In this document: one piece after another, positions 21,493-34,272 of the stretch | How positions within the stretch are numbered: the first letter of the stretch is position 1 | How the letters are laid out: the number at the start of each line of letters is the position of its first letter | Origin: an uncultured delta proteobacterium | GTDB taxonomy: Bacteria > Myxococcota > UBA727 > VGSZ01 | Length of the DNA: 64,000 nucleotides | NCBI GenBank assembly: GCA_963775425.1 | Contig: CAVZJB010000016.1 | Span: 800,001 to 864,000 of the forward strand | Direction: 5' to 3' | Made by a program: the position numbers and the translations under genes | The notes under the pieces: model-generated | Told to the model about the DNA's origin: nothing | What the model saw: only the letters and a program-made list of their open reading frames with translations | Databases searched by the model: none

Positions 21493-22746
21493 TCAAATAC
21501 GGCGGCGGCGGCGCAGCGCGAGCAGGAGCGCGAGCCCCGCGAGCGGCGTTGCCCCCGCCGCCGCGGTGCAGCCGCCGCCGGCCCGGGGGCCGGGGCTGTT
21601 GCCGTCGTCGGGGCGGGTGGGGGTGACGTCGCCGCCGGTGCCGCCGGTGTCGCCGCCGGTCAGGCCGCCGCCGGTGTCGCCGCCGGTGCCTCCCCCCGTG
21701 CCGCCGCCGCTCCCGCCGCCGGTCCCGCCACCGGTCCCGCCACCGGTCCCGCCGCCGCCGGTGTTGGCGACGCAGGCGCTGGCGCTGGCGTCGGCGTGGT
21801 AGCCGTCGTTGCAGCGGCATGTGAGGCCGTCGGGCTGCGGCGTGGAATTCGGCGGGCAGCCGCCCGTCGTCGCACCACCACCGCCGCCGCCGCCGGTCCC
21901 GCCGCCGGTCCCGCCGCCGGTGCCGCCGCCGGTGCCGCCGCCCGTGTCGCCGCCGGTGCCGCCACCGCCGCCGGACGAGACGCCGCCGGCGCACTGGGTG
22001 GGATTGTTGGTGTCGACCTCGAGGCCCTGCGTGGGCTGCCAGGCGTCGCAGTCGTTGTACTGGCAGGAGTTGATCGTCGGGTCGGCGCAGTCGCTGTCCG
22101 GGGCGCCGCAGCCGCAGTCGCACTCCCCGTCGCCGAGCCAGGTCGGATCGCACATCCAGCCGCCCGGAGCGGTGCCGCCGCCGCCGCCGCCGCCGCCGGC
22201 GACGCAGCTCGTGCCGGAGGGATCGACGACGAAGCCCGCGTCGCACTGGCACTGGGTGCCGTCCGGCGTGGGCGAGGAGTTCGGGGGGCAGGTCGCGGTG
22301 CCGCCGCCGCCGCCGCCGGTGCCGCCGCCCGTGCCACCGCCGGTGCCGCCGCCCGTGCCGCCGCCCGTGCCGCCGCCGCTCCCGCCGGTGGGGTTCGACG
22401 ACGTCGAGCTCGCGAGGCCCGGGTTGCTGATGGCCGTCGTGCGCGCCGGAGTGGCGCCGCGGGTCCAGATGCAGTCGGGGTCGCCGAGCTCCTGGCCGTT
22501 GGTCTGGCCGTCGCCGTCGCTGTCGAGGTGGCAGACCGCGGACCAGCTCGGCGTGAAGCCGCTGTTGGCCGAGATGTCCTGTCCGAACGCGTTGCGCGCG
22601 CCGCCGCCGAACTGCGACGTATGGCAGTTGATGCACCCGTTGCCGTCGATGGTGCTGCCGTTGGGCAGGTAGCCGGGGTAGTTCGAGCGCGCTTGCGCCC
22701 CCAACGAGGCGAGCAGCGCAATGACGAAGACAGCCGCGACACGCAT
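21493..22746 (-). CDS. Temptin-like domain protein with CxxCH, Gly/Thr-rich linkers, Cys-rich modules and MYXO-CTERM anchor
   Basis: Signal peptide; YPGYLPNG...CINCH...GGGARNAFGQD...CHLDSDGDGQTNGQELGDPDCIW...TPARTTAISNPG; GGGT repeats; GGCTAA, TM helix and RRRRR tail. Confidence 0.85.
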   Translation of the reverse strand: MRVAAVFVIALLASLGAQARSNYPGYLPNGSTIDGNGCINCHTSQFGGGARNAFGQDISANSGFTPSWSAVCHLDSDGDGQTNGQELGDPDCIWTRGATPARTTAISNPGLASSTSSNPTGGSGGGTGGGTGGGTGGGTGGGTGGGGGGTATCPPNSSPTPDGTQCQCDAGFVVDPSGTSCVAGGGGGGGGTAPGGWMCDPTWLGDGECDCGCGAPDSDCADPTINSCQYNDCDAWQPTQGLEVDTNNPTQCAGGVSSGGGGGTGGDTGGGTGGGTGGGTGGGTGGGGGGGATTGGCPPNSTPQPDGLTCRCNDGYHADASASACVANTGGGGTGGGTGGGTGGGSGGGTGGGTGGDTGGGLTGGDTGGTGGDVTPTRPDDGNSPGPRAGGGCTAAAGATPLAGLALLLALRRRRRI

Positions 22747-23222
22747 CTTGAAACCTCCGCGGAAGCGCGGACCCTATGTTCCGGAAACCAGTCCGCAAAG
22801 AGCGGATCCGGCTGACGGGTTCGTTCCGCAGGGGCGATCTGACTCAAACGTGGATTCCTGCACGGATTGGGCATCGGACGTTTGCCCGATGACGTCGCCG
22901 GCTGCCCTGCGCTCGAGCTCGATGAGCTTCGTCAGGCCGTCGGGTCGGCGTCCTCGTCGCCGTCCGCGACCGACGCCCGTTCGCGACGTCGGCTACGTCG
23001 CCGACCCGGCCGCGTCGTGACGTCGGCTACGTCGACCGCAATCCGGGGGCTCGTCCCCGCGTCGGAAGGCCCGGCGCCGCGGACCGTGCCCTCCGACGCG
23101 GCCCACAAGGGGCCGCGCTACGCGCCGCCGCGAATGTCGCCGCGTCGCCGATCCGTCGGCGCCGGGCGTCGAGCTCGTGCTGCGGCCCGCGCCGCCGCTC
23201 ACGAGAGCTGCCGCGACGCCCA

Positions 23223-24770
23223 TCATGACGGCGCGATTTCCGGGGCCGGCGCGCCGGGCGCGGTGAACGCCGCCGCCTCGCGAAAGCCGACCGCGCCGTG
23301 CACGTGCTCCGCCGCCACGCCGCGGCTGCCGGCGAGATTGGCGATGGTGCGCGCGACGCGCAGGATGCGGTCATAGCCGCGCGCCGACAGCGCGATGCGG
23401 TCGACGGCGGCGGCGAGGAAGCGGCGCCCCTCGCGATCGGGGCGCGCGTGCGCGCGGATCTCCGCGGGGGTGGCGCCGGCGTTGGTGCAGCCGCGCCCGT
23501 AGCGCGCCCTTTGCGTCGCCCGCGCGCGCGCCACCCGCTCCGCCACGACGTGCGAGGGCTCGCCGGGAGCCCTGCCCTCGAGCGCCGCGAGGTCCACCGG
23601 CGGCACGCTCACGTGGATGTCGATGCGATCGAGGAGCGGGCCCGAGATGCGGCCCTGGTAGCGCTGCACGTCGCGCGGCGTGCAGCGGCAGCGGCGGCGC
23701 GTGTCATGGAGATATCCACAGGGACACGGGTTCATCGACGCCACGAGCAGCGTGCGCGCCGGATATCGCAGCGTCCCCGACGCCCGCGACAGCATCACCT
23801 CGCCGCTCTCGAGCGGCTCGCGCAGCGCCTCGAGCGTGGGCCGCGAAAACTCGGGCACCTCGTCGAGGAAGAGCACGCCCTCGTGGGCGAGCGTGATCTC
23901 GCCGGGCCGCGGCAGCGCCGCGCCGCCGCCGACGAGGCCGGCGGGCGTGGTGGAGTGGTGCGGCGCGCGAAACGGGCGGTCGGCGACGAGGCCGCCGCCG
24001 ATGTTGAGGCCCGCCACCGAGTGGACGCGCGTGACCTCGAGCGCCTCCTCGCGCGTGAGCGGCGGCAGGATCCCGGGCAGCCGGCGCGCGAGCATGGTCT
24101 TGCCGCTCCCGGGTCCACCGACGAAGAGCACGTTGTGGCCGCCGGCGGCGGCGAGCTCGAGCCCGAGCCGCGCCTCCCCCTGCCCGTGCACGTCGGTGAG
24201 GTCGGGCGCCGCCGCGGTGACGCGCGCGGCGGCCTCGGGCACCACCGGCGCGCGTTCGTCGTCGCCGGCGAGCCAGGCGACGGCGTCGGCGAGCGTCTTC
24301 ACCGCCCGCACCTCGACACCGCGCACGAGCGCCGCTTCGGGCGCGTTGTCTCTCGCGACGAGGACGACGTCGCGGCCGGCGCGCACCGCCGCTTCGGCGG
24401 CGGCGATGGCGCCGCGCACCGGGCGGACGTCGCCGGCGAGGGAGAGCTCGCCGCTCACGAGGCAGCGGGCGAGGCGCGCCGCCGGGACGCTCCCCTGCGC
24501 GGCGAGGACGGCGAGGGCCATCGGGAGGTCGAACCCCGTGCCGTCCTTCTTCACGTGCGCCGGTGCGAGGTTCACGGTGATGCGCGCGACGGGGAAGACG
24601 AGGCCGGTGGCGCGGATGGCGGCCTCGACGCGGACGCGCGACTCGCGCACCGCCGCCTCCGCGAGGCCGACGATGGTGAACGAGGGCAGCCCGCCGCCGA
24701 GGTCGACCTCGACGCCGACGGGCATGGCCTCGACGCCGCGCAACGTGGCGCTGATGACGGTGTGCTGCAT
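23223..24770 (-). CDS. comM: YifB/ComM family Mg-chelatase-like AAA+ ATPase
   Basis: IVGLAEAAVRESRVRV, KKDGTGFDLP, GGPGSGKT, RPFRAPHH, LFLDEVPEF, MNPCPCG, SGPLLDRID, LSARGYDRILRVARTIA. Confidence 0.95.
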   Translation of the reverse strand: MQHTVISATLRGVEAMPVGVEVDLGGGLPSFTIVGLAEAAVRESRVRVEAAIRATGLVFPVARITVNLAPAHVKKDGTGFDLPMALAVLAAQGSVPAARLARCLVSGELSLAGDVRPVRGAIAAAEAAVRAGRDVVLVARDNAPEAALVRGVEVRAVKTLADAVAWLAGDDERAPVVPEAAARVTAAAPDLTDVHGQGEARLGLELAAAGGHNVLFVGGPGSGKTMLARRLPGILPPLTREEALEVTRVHSVAGLNIGGGLVADRPFRAPHHSTTPAGLVGGGAALPRPGEITLAHEGVLFLDEVPEFSRPTLEALREPLESGEVMLSRASGTLRYPARTLLVASMNPCPCGYLHDTRRRCRCTPRDVQRYQGRISGPLLDRIDIHVSVPPVDLAALEGRAPGEPSHVVAERVARARATQRARYGRGCTNAGATPAEIRAHARPDREGRRFLAAAVDRIALSARGYDRILRVARTIANLAGSRGVAAEHVHGAVGFREAAAFTAPGAPAPEIAPS

Positions 24771-24890
24771 CGGCCCTCGCTCTTCACGGCGCGTGCCCCG
24801 GGCGCGCCGCGTGCGTACGCGGGGCCGGAAGGCGCGGGGACGGGCGTGGAATCGGTTGCGCGCGCGTCGTTCCGAAGGGATACCGGCGAG

Positions 24891-25487
24891 ATGTTCACCG
24901 GCATCGTCGAACACACGGGACGCGTCACCTCCGTCGACCAGCGCGAGGACGGGGCGCGCATCGTGGTGGAGACCGCGCTCGAGCTCGGCGACACGCGGCT
25001 CGGCGACTCCATCGCCGTCGACGGCTGCTGCCTCACCGTGGTCGACAAGGGCGCGCGCACGGTGGCGTTCGACCTCGGCCCCGAGACGCTCGCGGTGACC
25101 ACCCTCGGGGCGTTCGCCCCGGGGACGGCGGTGCACCTCGAGCGCGCCGTGCGCCTCGCGGACAGGCTCGGCGGTCACCTCGTGCAGGGCCACGTCGACG
25201 GCGTGGGCACGGTGGAGCGGCGCGAGGCGAAGGGCGACGCGCTGCTCCTGCGCATCCGCGCGCCGCGCGAGGTGACGCGTCTGTGCATCCACAAGGGGAG
25301 CATCGCCGTCGACGGCGTGAGCCTGACCGTCAACGCCGTCGACGACGACGCCTTCGAGGTCGGCCTCATCCCGCACACGCTCGACAAGACCCACCTCGGG
25401 TCGCTCACCGTGGGCGCGCGCGTGAACCTCGAGGCGGACCTCGTCGGCAAGTACATCGACAAGCTGCTGCCTCGCTCCTCGAGCTAA
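24891..25487 (+). CDS. ribE: Riboflavin synthase (alpha chain)
   Basis: Canonical MFTGIVE start; GDSIAVDGCCLTV; RLGGHLVQGHVDG; KGSIAVDGVSLTV. Confidence 0.96.
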   Translation: MFTGIVEHTGRVTSVDQREDGARIVVETALELGDTRLGDSIAVDGCCLTVVDKGARTVAFDLGPETLAVTTLGAFAPGTAVHLERAVRLADRLGGHLVQGHVDGVGTVERREAKGDALLLRIRAPREVTRLCIHKGSIAVDGVSLTVNAVDDDAFEVGLIPHTLDKTHLGSLTVGARVNLEADLVGKYIDKLLPRSSS

Positions 25488-25908
25488 GGCACATCGAGAT
25501 CCCGAGCACCTCCGTCACCGGCGCGCCCTGATCGTTGACGGTGGGCGGCACGACCTCGAGCGTGACGTCAGCGTGCCGGTGCCGAACGATTCGCGTGCAT
25601 TGAATGACAACGCGCGGTGCTTCTTGTCGCGCGCGGTGATGGTCAATTGCCCATTGTCGTCATTGCGCTTCGGGCTCGTCTTGGTGTCGTCGAAGCCGAA
25701 CGCGTAGGACTCGCGCGTCGGATCCGCGAGCACGGTTGTTGGGCTTGCAGAAGCCGCCGGAGAACGAGACGTCGTCGTCGTCGTGACGACGGTGGCGTGG
25801 TCGACATGCGCGTGACGTCCTCCGCGCGCATGCCTGCCCCGCTCCCGCAAGGCACGCGACCCGCCGCGACGCCCCTCCGCGCTCGGCTCGGAGGGGCGTC
25901 GCCGCCGC

Positions 25909-26373
25909 TCACGGCTGCGGCGTGATCGGGCGCGGCGTCGGTCCCTCCTGCGAGCCCTGGCCCGACGCGTCGGGGGCCTGCTCCTCGGGCGCCTGCTTGG
26001 GGGCCTGCGCCTCCGGGGCCTGCTCGGGGGCCTGCGCCTCGGGCGCCTGCTCCTCGGGCGTCTGCTCCTCGGGCGTCTGCTCCTCGGGCGTCTGCTCCTC
26101 GGGCGTCTTCTCCTCGGGCGTCGCGGCGCTCGAGCCGGTGCCGGTGCCGGCCTCAGGCGCCTTGTCCTCTTCCGGGTTGGTGATGCTCGAGCCGGCCCCG
26201 GTGCCGGGCGCGGGTTGCTCTTGCTTTGTGCCTTCGGGCGCAGGCTTTTCGGACTTCCCCGTCCAGTTCTGGCATGCGCCAAGCGCGAATGCGCCCGCCA
26301 CGATCGCCACCTGCGCCGTGGTCCTCACCAAGCCGTGCGCGGGGCGGAGATCAGAGAGTCTCTGGAATTTCAT
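25909..26373 (-). CDS. Low-complexity lipoprotein with TPEEQ/APE repeats
   Basis: ATG at 26373; lipobox ALGAC; 15-bp tandem coding repeats at about 25973-26121. Confidence 0.7.
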   Translation of the reverse strand: MKFQRLSDLRPAHGLVRTTAQVAIVAGAFALGACQNWTGKSEKPAPEGTKQEQPAPGTGAGSSITNPEEDKAPEAGTGTGSSAATPEEKTPEEQTPEEQTPEEQTPEEQAPEAQAPEQAPEAQAPKQAPEEQAPDASGQGSQEGPTPRPITPQP

Positions 26374-26454
26374 GGTCGTCGTCCTCGTGGTTACGGGGCC
26401 GCGGCGTCGCTCCCGCACGCGGCGCCCTCACAGAGGGCGCAGCGGCGCCGCCAC

Positions 26455-26469
26455 GCAACGTGCGCGCCG
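26455..26469 (-). promoter_or_regulatory. Possible sigma-54 promoter for the 26373 lipoprotein gene
   Basis: Minus strand reads CGGCGCG-CACG-TTGC (GG-N10-GC). Chance matches are likely at this GC content. Confidence 0.3.
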
Positions 26470-26575
26470 GCGGGAAGCAGGAGAAGTCGAAGGCCCACGC
26501 CGCCGTCGTCGCAAGAAGCACGCCCCAAACGCCCCGGGCCCTTGTGGCAACGAGCGCGCGCGCTATGACGAGTGC

Positions 26576-27808
26576 ATGAACGCCGTGAAGCTCGAAGTCG
26601 TGCCCAAGGAAGGCTCTCTCCTCGCCCGCTACGGGTCCACCGCCGAGACGCGCGTGCGGCGCGGGATGGCGGAGCTCGCCGCGGGCAAGGCCGTCATCCT
26701 CGTCGACGATGAAGATCGCGAAAACGAGGGCGACCTCGTCATCGCCGCCGAGAAGGCCACGCCCGAGCTCATCAACTTCATGGCCAAGGAGGGCCGCGGC
26801 CTCATCTGTCTCTCCCTCACCGACGAGCGCCTGCGCGCCCTCGACCTGCCCCCCATGGTCGAGAACAACACGGCCTCGCTCGGCACCGCCTTCACCGTCA
26901 GCATCGAGGCGCGCACCGGCGTCACCACCGGCATCTCCGCCGCCGACCGCGCCCGCACCATCCAGGTCGCCATCGACGACGACGCCAAGCCGTCCGACCT
27001 CGTCAAGCCCGGCCACGTCTTCCCGCTGCGCGCCCAGCCCGGCGGCGTCCTCGTGCGCACCGGCCAGACCGAGGGCAGCGTCGACCTCTGCCGCCTCGCC
27101 GAGCTCAAGCCCGCCGGCGTCATCTGTGAGATCCTCAACGACGACGGCTCCATGGCGCGCCTGCCCGACCTCGTCGACTTCGCCGACCGCCACGGACTCA
27201 TCGTGCTGTCCGTCGCCGACATCATCGCGTTCCGTCTGCGCCACGAGCTGCTCGTCGAGCGCACCGCCCTCGCCACCGTCGACACGCCCTACGGCCCGCT
27301 GCGCGCCATGTCGTTCCGCTCGCTCGTGCGCGGCGCGTCGGGCATGGACGAAGAGGCCCTCGCGCTCGTGAAGGGGAGCGACGAGCAGCTCGCGTCGTCG
27401 ACGCCCCTCGTGCGCGTCCACTCGGGCGACCCGCTCACCGACGTCTTCGGCGGCATCCTCGACAAGGGCGGCCTCCACCTGCACGGGGCCATCCGCCAGG
27501 TGGCCGCCGAGCCCTGCGGCGTCATCCTCTACCTGCCCAAGGAGCCCGCGCCGCTTCGCTTCGTCGACGCGCTCAAGGAGCTCGAGGCCGCGCGCGCCGC
27601 CGGCACCGGCCTGCCCGAGCGCGATCGCGCGCCCAAGGGCCAATCGCCGGTCGTTCGCCACTACGGCACCGGCGCGCAGATCCTCCGCTTGCTCGGGCTC
27701 ACCCGCATGCGCCTGCTCACCAACAACCCCGTCAGGCTGAACGCGCTGCACGGCTTCGGCATCGAGGTCAAAGGCACCGTGCCCATCGAGATCGAGACCC
27801 GAACGTGA
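26576..27808 (+). CDS. ribBA: DHBP synthase fused to a degenerate GTP cyclohydrolase II domain (RibBA/RibBX)
   Basis: [43 protein letters not shown]-terminal LVRVHSG...[10 protein letters not shown]...MRLLTNNP lacks the Zn-binding cysteines. Confidence 0.92.
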   Translation: MNAVKLEVVPKEGSLLARYGSTAETRVRRGMAELAAGKAVILVDDEDRENEGDLVIAAEKATPELINFMAKEGRGLICLSLTDERLRALDLPPMVENNTASLGTAFTVSIEARTGVTTGISAADRARTIQVAIDDDAKPSDLVKPGHVFPLRAQPGGVLVRTGQTEGSVDLCRLAELKPAGVICEILNDDGSMARLPDLVDFADRHGLIVLSVADIIAFRLRHELLVERTALATVDTPYGPLRAMSFRSLVRGASGMDEEALALVKGSDEQLASSTPLVRVHSGDPLTDVFGGILDKGGLHLHGAIRQVAAEPCGVILYLPKEPAPLRFVDALKELEAARAAGTGLPERDRAPKGQSPVVRHYGTGAQILRLLGLTRMRLLTNNPVRLNALHGFGIEVKGTVPIEIETRT

Positions 27809-28302
27809 AGGCCGCCCCCGCTGCGGAGAGCGACGTCCGCGCCGACGGCCTCCACGCCGTCATCGTCGCCAGCCGCTTCAACGGCGAGATCGTGCAAAAG
27901 CTCGTCGACGGCGCGCGCGACGCGCTGACCCGCCGCGGCGCCGCGAGCGTCGACGTCGTGTGGGTCGGCGGCGCGCTCGAGCTGCCGGTGGTCGCGCAAA
28001 CCGTGCTGGCGCGCGCGCCCGACGCCGGGGTGGTGTGCGTGGGCTGCGTCATCCGGGGCGGCACCGATCACTACGAGCACGTGTGCCGCGCCACCGTCGA
28101 CGGCATCATGCGCGTCTCGCTCGACGCCGGCGCCCCGGTCGGCAACGGCGTGCTCACCGTGGCGACGGTGGAGCAGGCGTGGGACCGCGCGGGCGGGCCC
28201 GTGGGCAACAAGGGCGCCGAGGCCGCCCTCGCGCTGATCGAGGCGCGCGCCGCCGTCTCCCAGGGGCGCGCGGTGGCCGCAGCGAAGCGAACGGAGGGCT
28301 GA
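27805..28302 (+). CDS. ribH: 6,7-dimethyl-8-ribityllumazine synthase
   Basis: VASRFN, GALELP, GCVIRGGTDHYEHV, GVLT, GNKGAEAA. Confidence 0.95.
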   Translation: MKAAPAAESDVRADGLHAVIVASRFNGEIVQKLVDGARDALTRRGAASVDVVWVGGALELPVVAQTVLARAPDAGVVCVGCVIRGGTDHYEHVCRATVDGIMRVSLDAGAPVGNGVLTVATVEQAWDRAGGPVGNKGAEAALALIEARAAVSQGRAVAAAKRTEG

Positions 28303-28304
28303 GC

Positions 28305-28725
28305 GTGGGCGTGAAACGGCAGGCGCGCGAGTGCGCCCTTCAGAATCCTCTACCCGGTGGACATGGCCGGCGTGGACGTCGAGGAGGCCATCGCGCGCTT
28401 CTTCGAGAACTTCGACGCCGACGCCCGCGCACGGGAGCGCGCGGAGTCGCTGGTGCGCGGCGTGCTCGAGCACCGCGCGCGCATCGACGAGGTCATCGCG
28501 GCGCACAGCCCGCGCTGGCGCATCGAGCGCATGGCGCTCGTGGACCGCAACGTGCTGCGACTGTGCGTGCACGAGCTGTTGTTCGACGAGGAGACGCCGC
28601 CGGCGGTGGTCATCGACGAGGGCGTGGAGATCGCCAAGCGCTTCGGCGCCGAGCAGTCGGCGGCCTTCGTGAACGGAGTGCTGGACAGCGCGGCCCGGGC
28701 TCTGGGTAGGCTCGCGCCGAAGTAG
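28305..28725 (+). pseudogene. nusB: Transcription antitermination factor NusB with a +1 frameshift (probably a sequencing/assembly error)
   Basis: GTG 28305 gives MGVKRQARECALQ. Removing one A at 28344-28345 joins it to ILYPVDMAG...WRIERMALVDRNVLR...VVIDEGVEIAKRFG...FVNGVLD. Confidence 0.88.
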
Positions 28726-28742
28726 GTCGACGGAGGACGCCC

Positions 28743-29543
<801 letters not shown>

Positions 29544-29549
29544 GTGACG

Positions 29550-30395
29550 TCAGCCGCGGGGCTTGCCGAAGACCTGCATGACCTTCTGGAGGTCGCTCCA
29601 CGCCTCGCGCTTCTTCTTCTTGTCGGGGTCGGCCTCTTCGCGCAGCAGGTACGACGGGTGATACGTCGGCATCAGGTCGATGCCCTCGTACACATGCCAC
29701 CCGCCGCGCAGGCGCGAGATGGGCGTCTTGCTCCGCAGGAGCGTCTGCGCGGCGTACTTGCCGAGGCACACGATCACCCGGGGCTTCACGATCTGGAGCT
29801 GCGCCTTGAGGAAGCGCTCGCACGCCTCGACCTCGTCGGGCTCCGGGTCGCGGTTGTTGGGCGGGCGACACTTGACGACGTTGCAGATGTAGACGTCGTC
29901 GCGGGCGAAGCCCATCGCCTCGATCATCCTGGTCAGGAGCTGCCCGGCGCGGCCCACGAAGGGGACGCCCTGGCAATCCTCGTCGGCGCCGGGGCCCTCT
30001 CCGACGAACACCAGATCGGCCTCGGGGTTTCCGACGCCGAACACGAGCTTGTTCCTCCCCCGGTGCAGCTTGCAGCGCTTGCAGTCGCCGACCACGTCGG
30101 TGCGCAGCCGCTCGAGCTTGTCGGCCGCCGGCGCGTCGAGCCCCAGGAGCGCGCCGATGTCGTCGCCGACGACGGGCAGCGCCGTCTTCGCAGGCGCCGT
30201 CTTCGCGGGCGCCGCCGCAGCGGGCGCCGCCGGCGGCGCTGCCGGCCTCGACGGCGCGGCCTCCCGCGCGCGCGGCGGCTTCGGGGCGGGCGCGCGTGAG
30301 AACACCGGGCGCGGCAGCGTCTCGATGCCGCCGAGGCGCGCGACCTCCAGGACTCCCTGGAGCTGTCGTGCGAGCGTCGCGATCTCGTCTTGCAC
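29550..30395 (-). CDS. Family-4 uracil-DNA glycosylase (4Fe-4S)
   Basis: [60 protein letters not shown] start inferred. Confidence 0.93.
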   Translation of the reverse strand: MQDEIATLARQLQGVLEVARLGGIETLPRPVFSRAPAPKPPRAREAAPSRPAAPPAAPAAAAPAKTAPAKTALPVVGDDIGALLGLDAPAADKLERLRTDVVGDCKRCKLHRGRNKLVFGVGNPEADLVFVGEGPGADEDCQGVPFVGRAGQLLTRMIEAMGFARDDVYICNVVKCRPPNNRDPEPDEVEACERFLKAQLQIVKPRVIVCLGKYAAQTLLRSKTPISRLRGGWHVYEGIDLMPTYHPSYLLREEADPDKKKKREAWSDLQKVMQVFGKPRG

Positions 30396-30419
30396 AGGGT
30401 GACCCTCCGGCCCCGCACG

Positions 30420-30449
30420 TTGACGCGCAATCCGGGTCAGCGTTACGGT
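30420..30449 (+). promoter_or_regulatory. Putative sigma-70 promoter
   Basis: TTGACG-N18-TACGGT followed by GGAGG (30460) and a TTG start (30471). Confidence 0.5.
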
Positions 30450-30470
30450 GGCCGCGACCGGAGGCGCGGG

Positions 30471-31028
<558 letters not shown>

Positions 31029-31094
31029 GCCGCGGCCAATCGCGGCGCGGCCCTCGGGGTTGACCGGCGGGCCCCGCGCTCCTACCCGGGGCGC

Positions 31095-32786
<1,692 letters not shown>

Positions 32787-33036
32787 GCGAGCGCCGCAGG
32801 CGCGCCCCACGACGACGAGCGCGTTCACGGCCGGTCGAGGGCGGCGCCGAAAAGGCCGGCGGCCGACCGCGAGGCGGATCCCGGCGCCGGTCCCGACATC
32901 CTCCGGGCCCGTCGCCGCCCGCCGCATCGCGCGCATGACCGAGGCCGCGACCGCCCGTCGGGGCGGGCGTGACGGGGATTGCGTCGTAACGCGTGACGTC
33001 ATGACCGTTCCATGAGCCGGGTGGTACAGCACGCAT

Positions 33037-34272
33037 ATGGCGATGAGCGCGTTCGAGGCGACGAACCTCTATTTCCGCAGGGCCGCGGACATCATGCAGC
33101 TCGGCTCGAGGATCGAGGCGGTGTTCGAGACGCCGTCTCGCGAGGTGAAGGTCGCGCTCGCCGTCGAGATGGACAACGGCGAGGTGCGCACGTTCCAGGG
33201 CTACCGCGTGCAGCACGACGACAGCCGCGGACCGTTCAAGGGCGGCTTGCGCTACCACCCGCACGTCGACCCTGACGAGGTGAAGTCGCTGGCGTCCCTG
33301 ATGACGTGGAAGACCGCGGTCATCGACGTCCCCTTCGGCGGCGCAAAGGGCGGCATCACCGTCGACCCGAAGGAGCTGTCCACCGCCGAGGTGGAGCGGC
33401 TGACGCGCAAGTTCATCGGCAAGATCCACGACGTCATCGGGCCTCACCTCGACATCCCCGCGCCCGACGTCAACACCAACGCCCAGCACATGGCGTGGAT
33501 CTTCGACGAGTACAGCAAGCTCCACATGCACAGCCCCGGCGTCGTCACGGGCAAGCCCGTCGAGCTGTACGGCTCGCTCGGCCGCGAGGCCGCCACCGGC
33601 CGCGGCGTCGCCATCGCCACCCGCGAGACGCTCAAGGCACAGGGAAAGCCCCTCGAGGGCGCGACCGTCGCCGTGCAGGGCTTCGGCAACGTCGGCAGCT
33701 ACGCCGCCCGCTTCCTCAACGAGATGGGCGCGCGCGTCGTCGCCATCGGCGACCACACCGGCGCCATCCGCAACCGCGACGGCATCGACGTCGACAAGGC
33801 CGCCGCGCACCAGCGTCACCACGGGCACATCGCCGAGCTCGACGCCGGCGAGCGCTTCAACGGAGGGGACATCCTCTACGAGGCCGTCGACGTCCTCGTG
33901 CCCGCCGCCCTCGGCAACGTCATCACCATGCAAAACGTCGCCGACATCCACGCGCGCCTCGTCGTCGAAGGGGCGAACGGCCCCATCGACCCCGAGGCCA
34001 ACGACGCGCTCGAGCGCCGCGGCGTGCTCGTGGTCCCCGACATCTACGCGAATGCCGGCGGCGTCACGGTGAGCTACTTCGAGTGGGTGCAGAACCTCCA
34101 GCACTTCACGTGGACGGAAGCGGAGGTCAACGACAAGCTCGAGGCCAAGATGGTGAAGGGCTTCGAGACGATCTGGCGCGTGGCGACGGAGCGGAAGGTG
34201 TCGCTGCGCACGGCGGCGTTCATCGTCGCCATCGGGCGTGTGGGAAAGGCGCGGGTGTTGCGTGGGCTCTAA
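33037..34272 (+). CDS. gdhA: Glutamate dehydrogenase (Glu/Leu/Phe/Val family)
   Basis: [60 protein letters not shown]. Confidence 0.93.
   Translation: MAMSAFEATNLYFRRAADIMQLGSRIEAVFETPSREVKVALAVEMDNGEVRTFQGYRVQHDDSRGPFKGGLRYHPHVDPDEVKSLASLMTWKTAVIDVPFGGAKGGITVDPKELSTAEVERLTRKFIGKIHDVIGPHLDIPAPDVNTNAQHMAWIFDEYSKLHMHSPGVVTGKPVELYGSLGREAATGRGVAIATRETLKAQGKPLEGATVAVQGFGNVGSYAARFLNEMGARVVAIGDHTGAIRNRDGIDVDKAAAHQRHHGHIAELDAGERFNGGDILYEAVDVLVPAALGNVITMQNVADIHARLVVEGANGPIDPEANDALERRGVLVVPDIYANAGGVTVSYFEWVQNLQHFTWTEAEVNDKLEAKMVKGFETIWRVATERKVSLRTAAFIVAIGRVGKARVLRGL

Noticed and set aside
22780-22830. c-di-GMP-I riboswitch (GGAAAC...GCAAAG)
   Set aside because: The P2 pairing and conserved context are not recognisable, and it is on the wrong strand for the adjacent gene.
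22985-23034. 16-bp direct repeat GACGTCGGCTACGTCG (22985 and 23019)
   Set aside because: Only two copies in GC-rich degenerate intergenic DNA; no function can be supported.
23223-24770. Mobile element inserted in comM, or an island at tRNA-Leu
   Set aside because: comM is intact, there is no integrase, and no duplicated tRNA 3' end appears in the window.
24771-26575. FMN riboswitch upstream of the rib genes
   Set aside because: No AGGGCGGGGTGAAATTCCC-like core in either upstream region.
31029-31094. ZTP riboswitch upstream of purH
   Set aside because: The region is only 66 bp and lacks the consensus; it looks like a promoter directly abutting the ATG.
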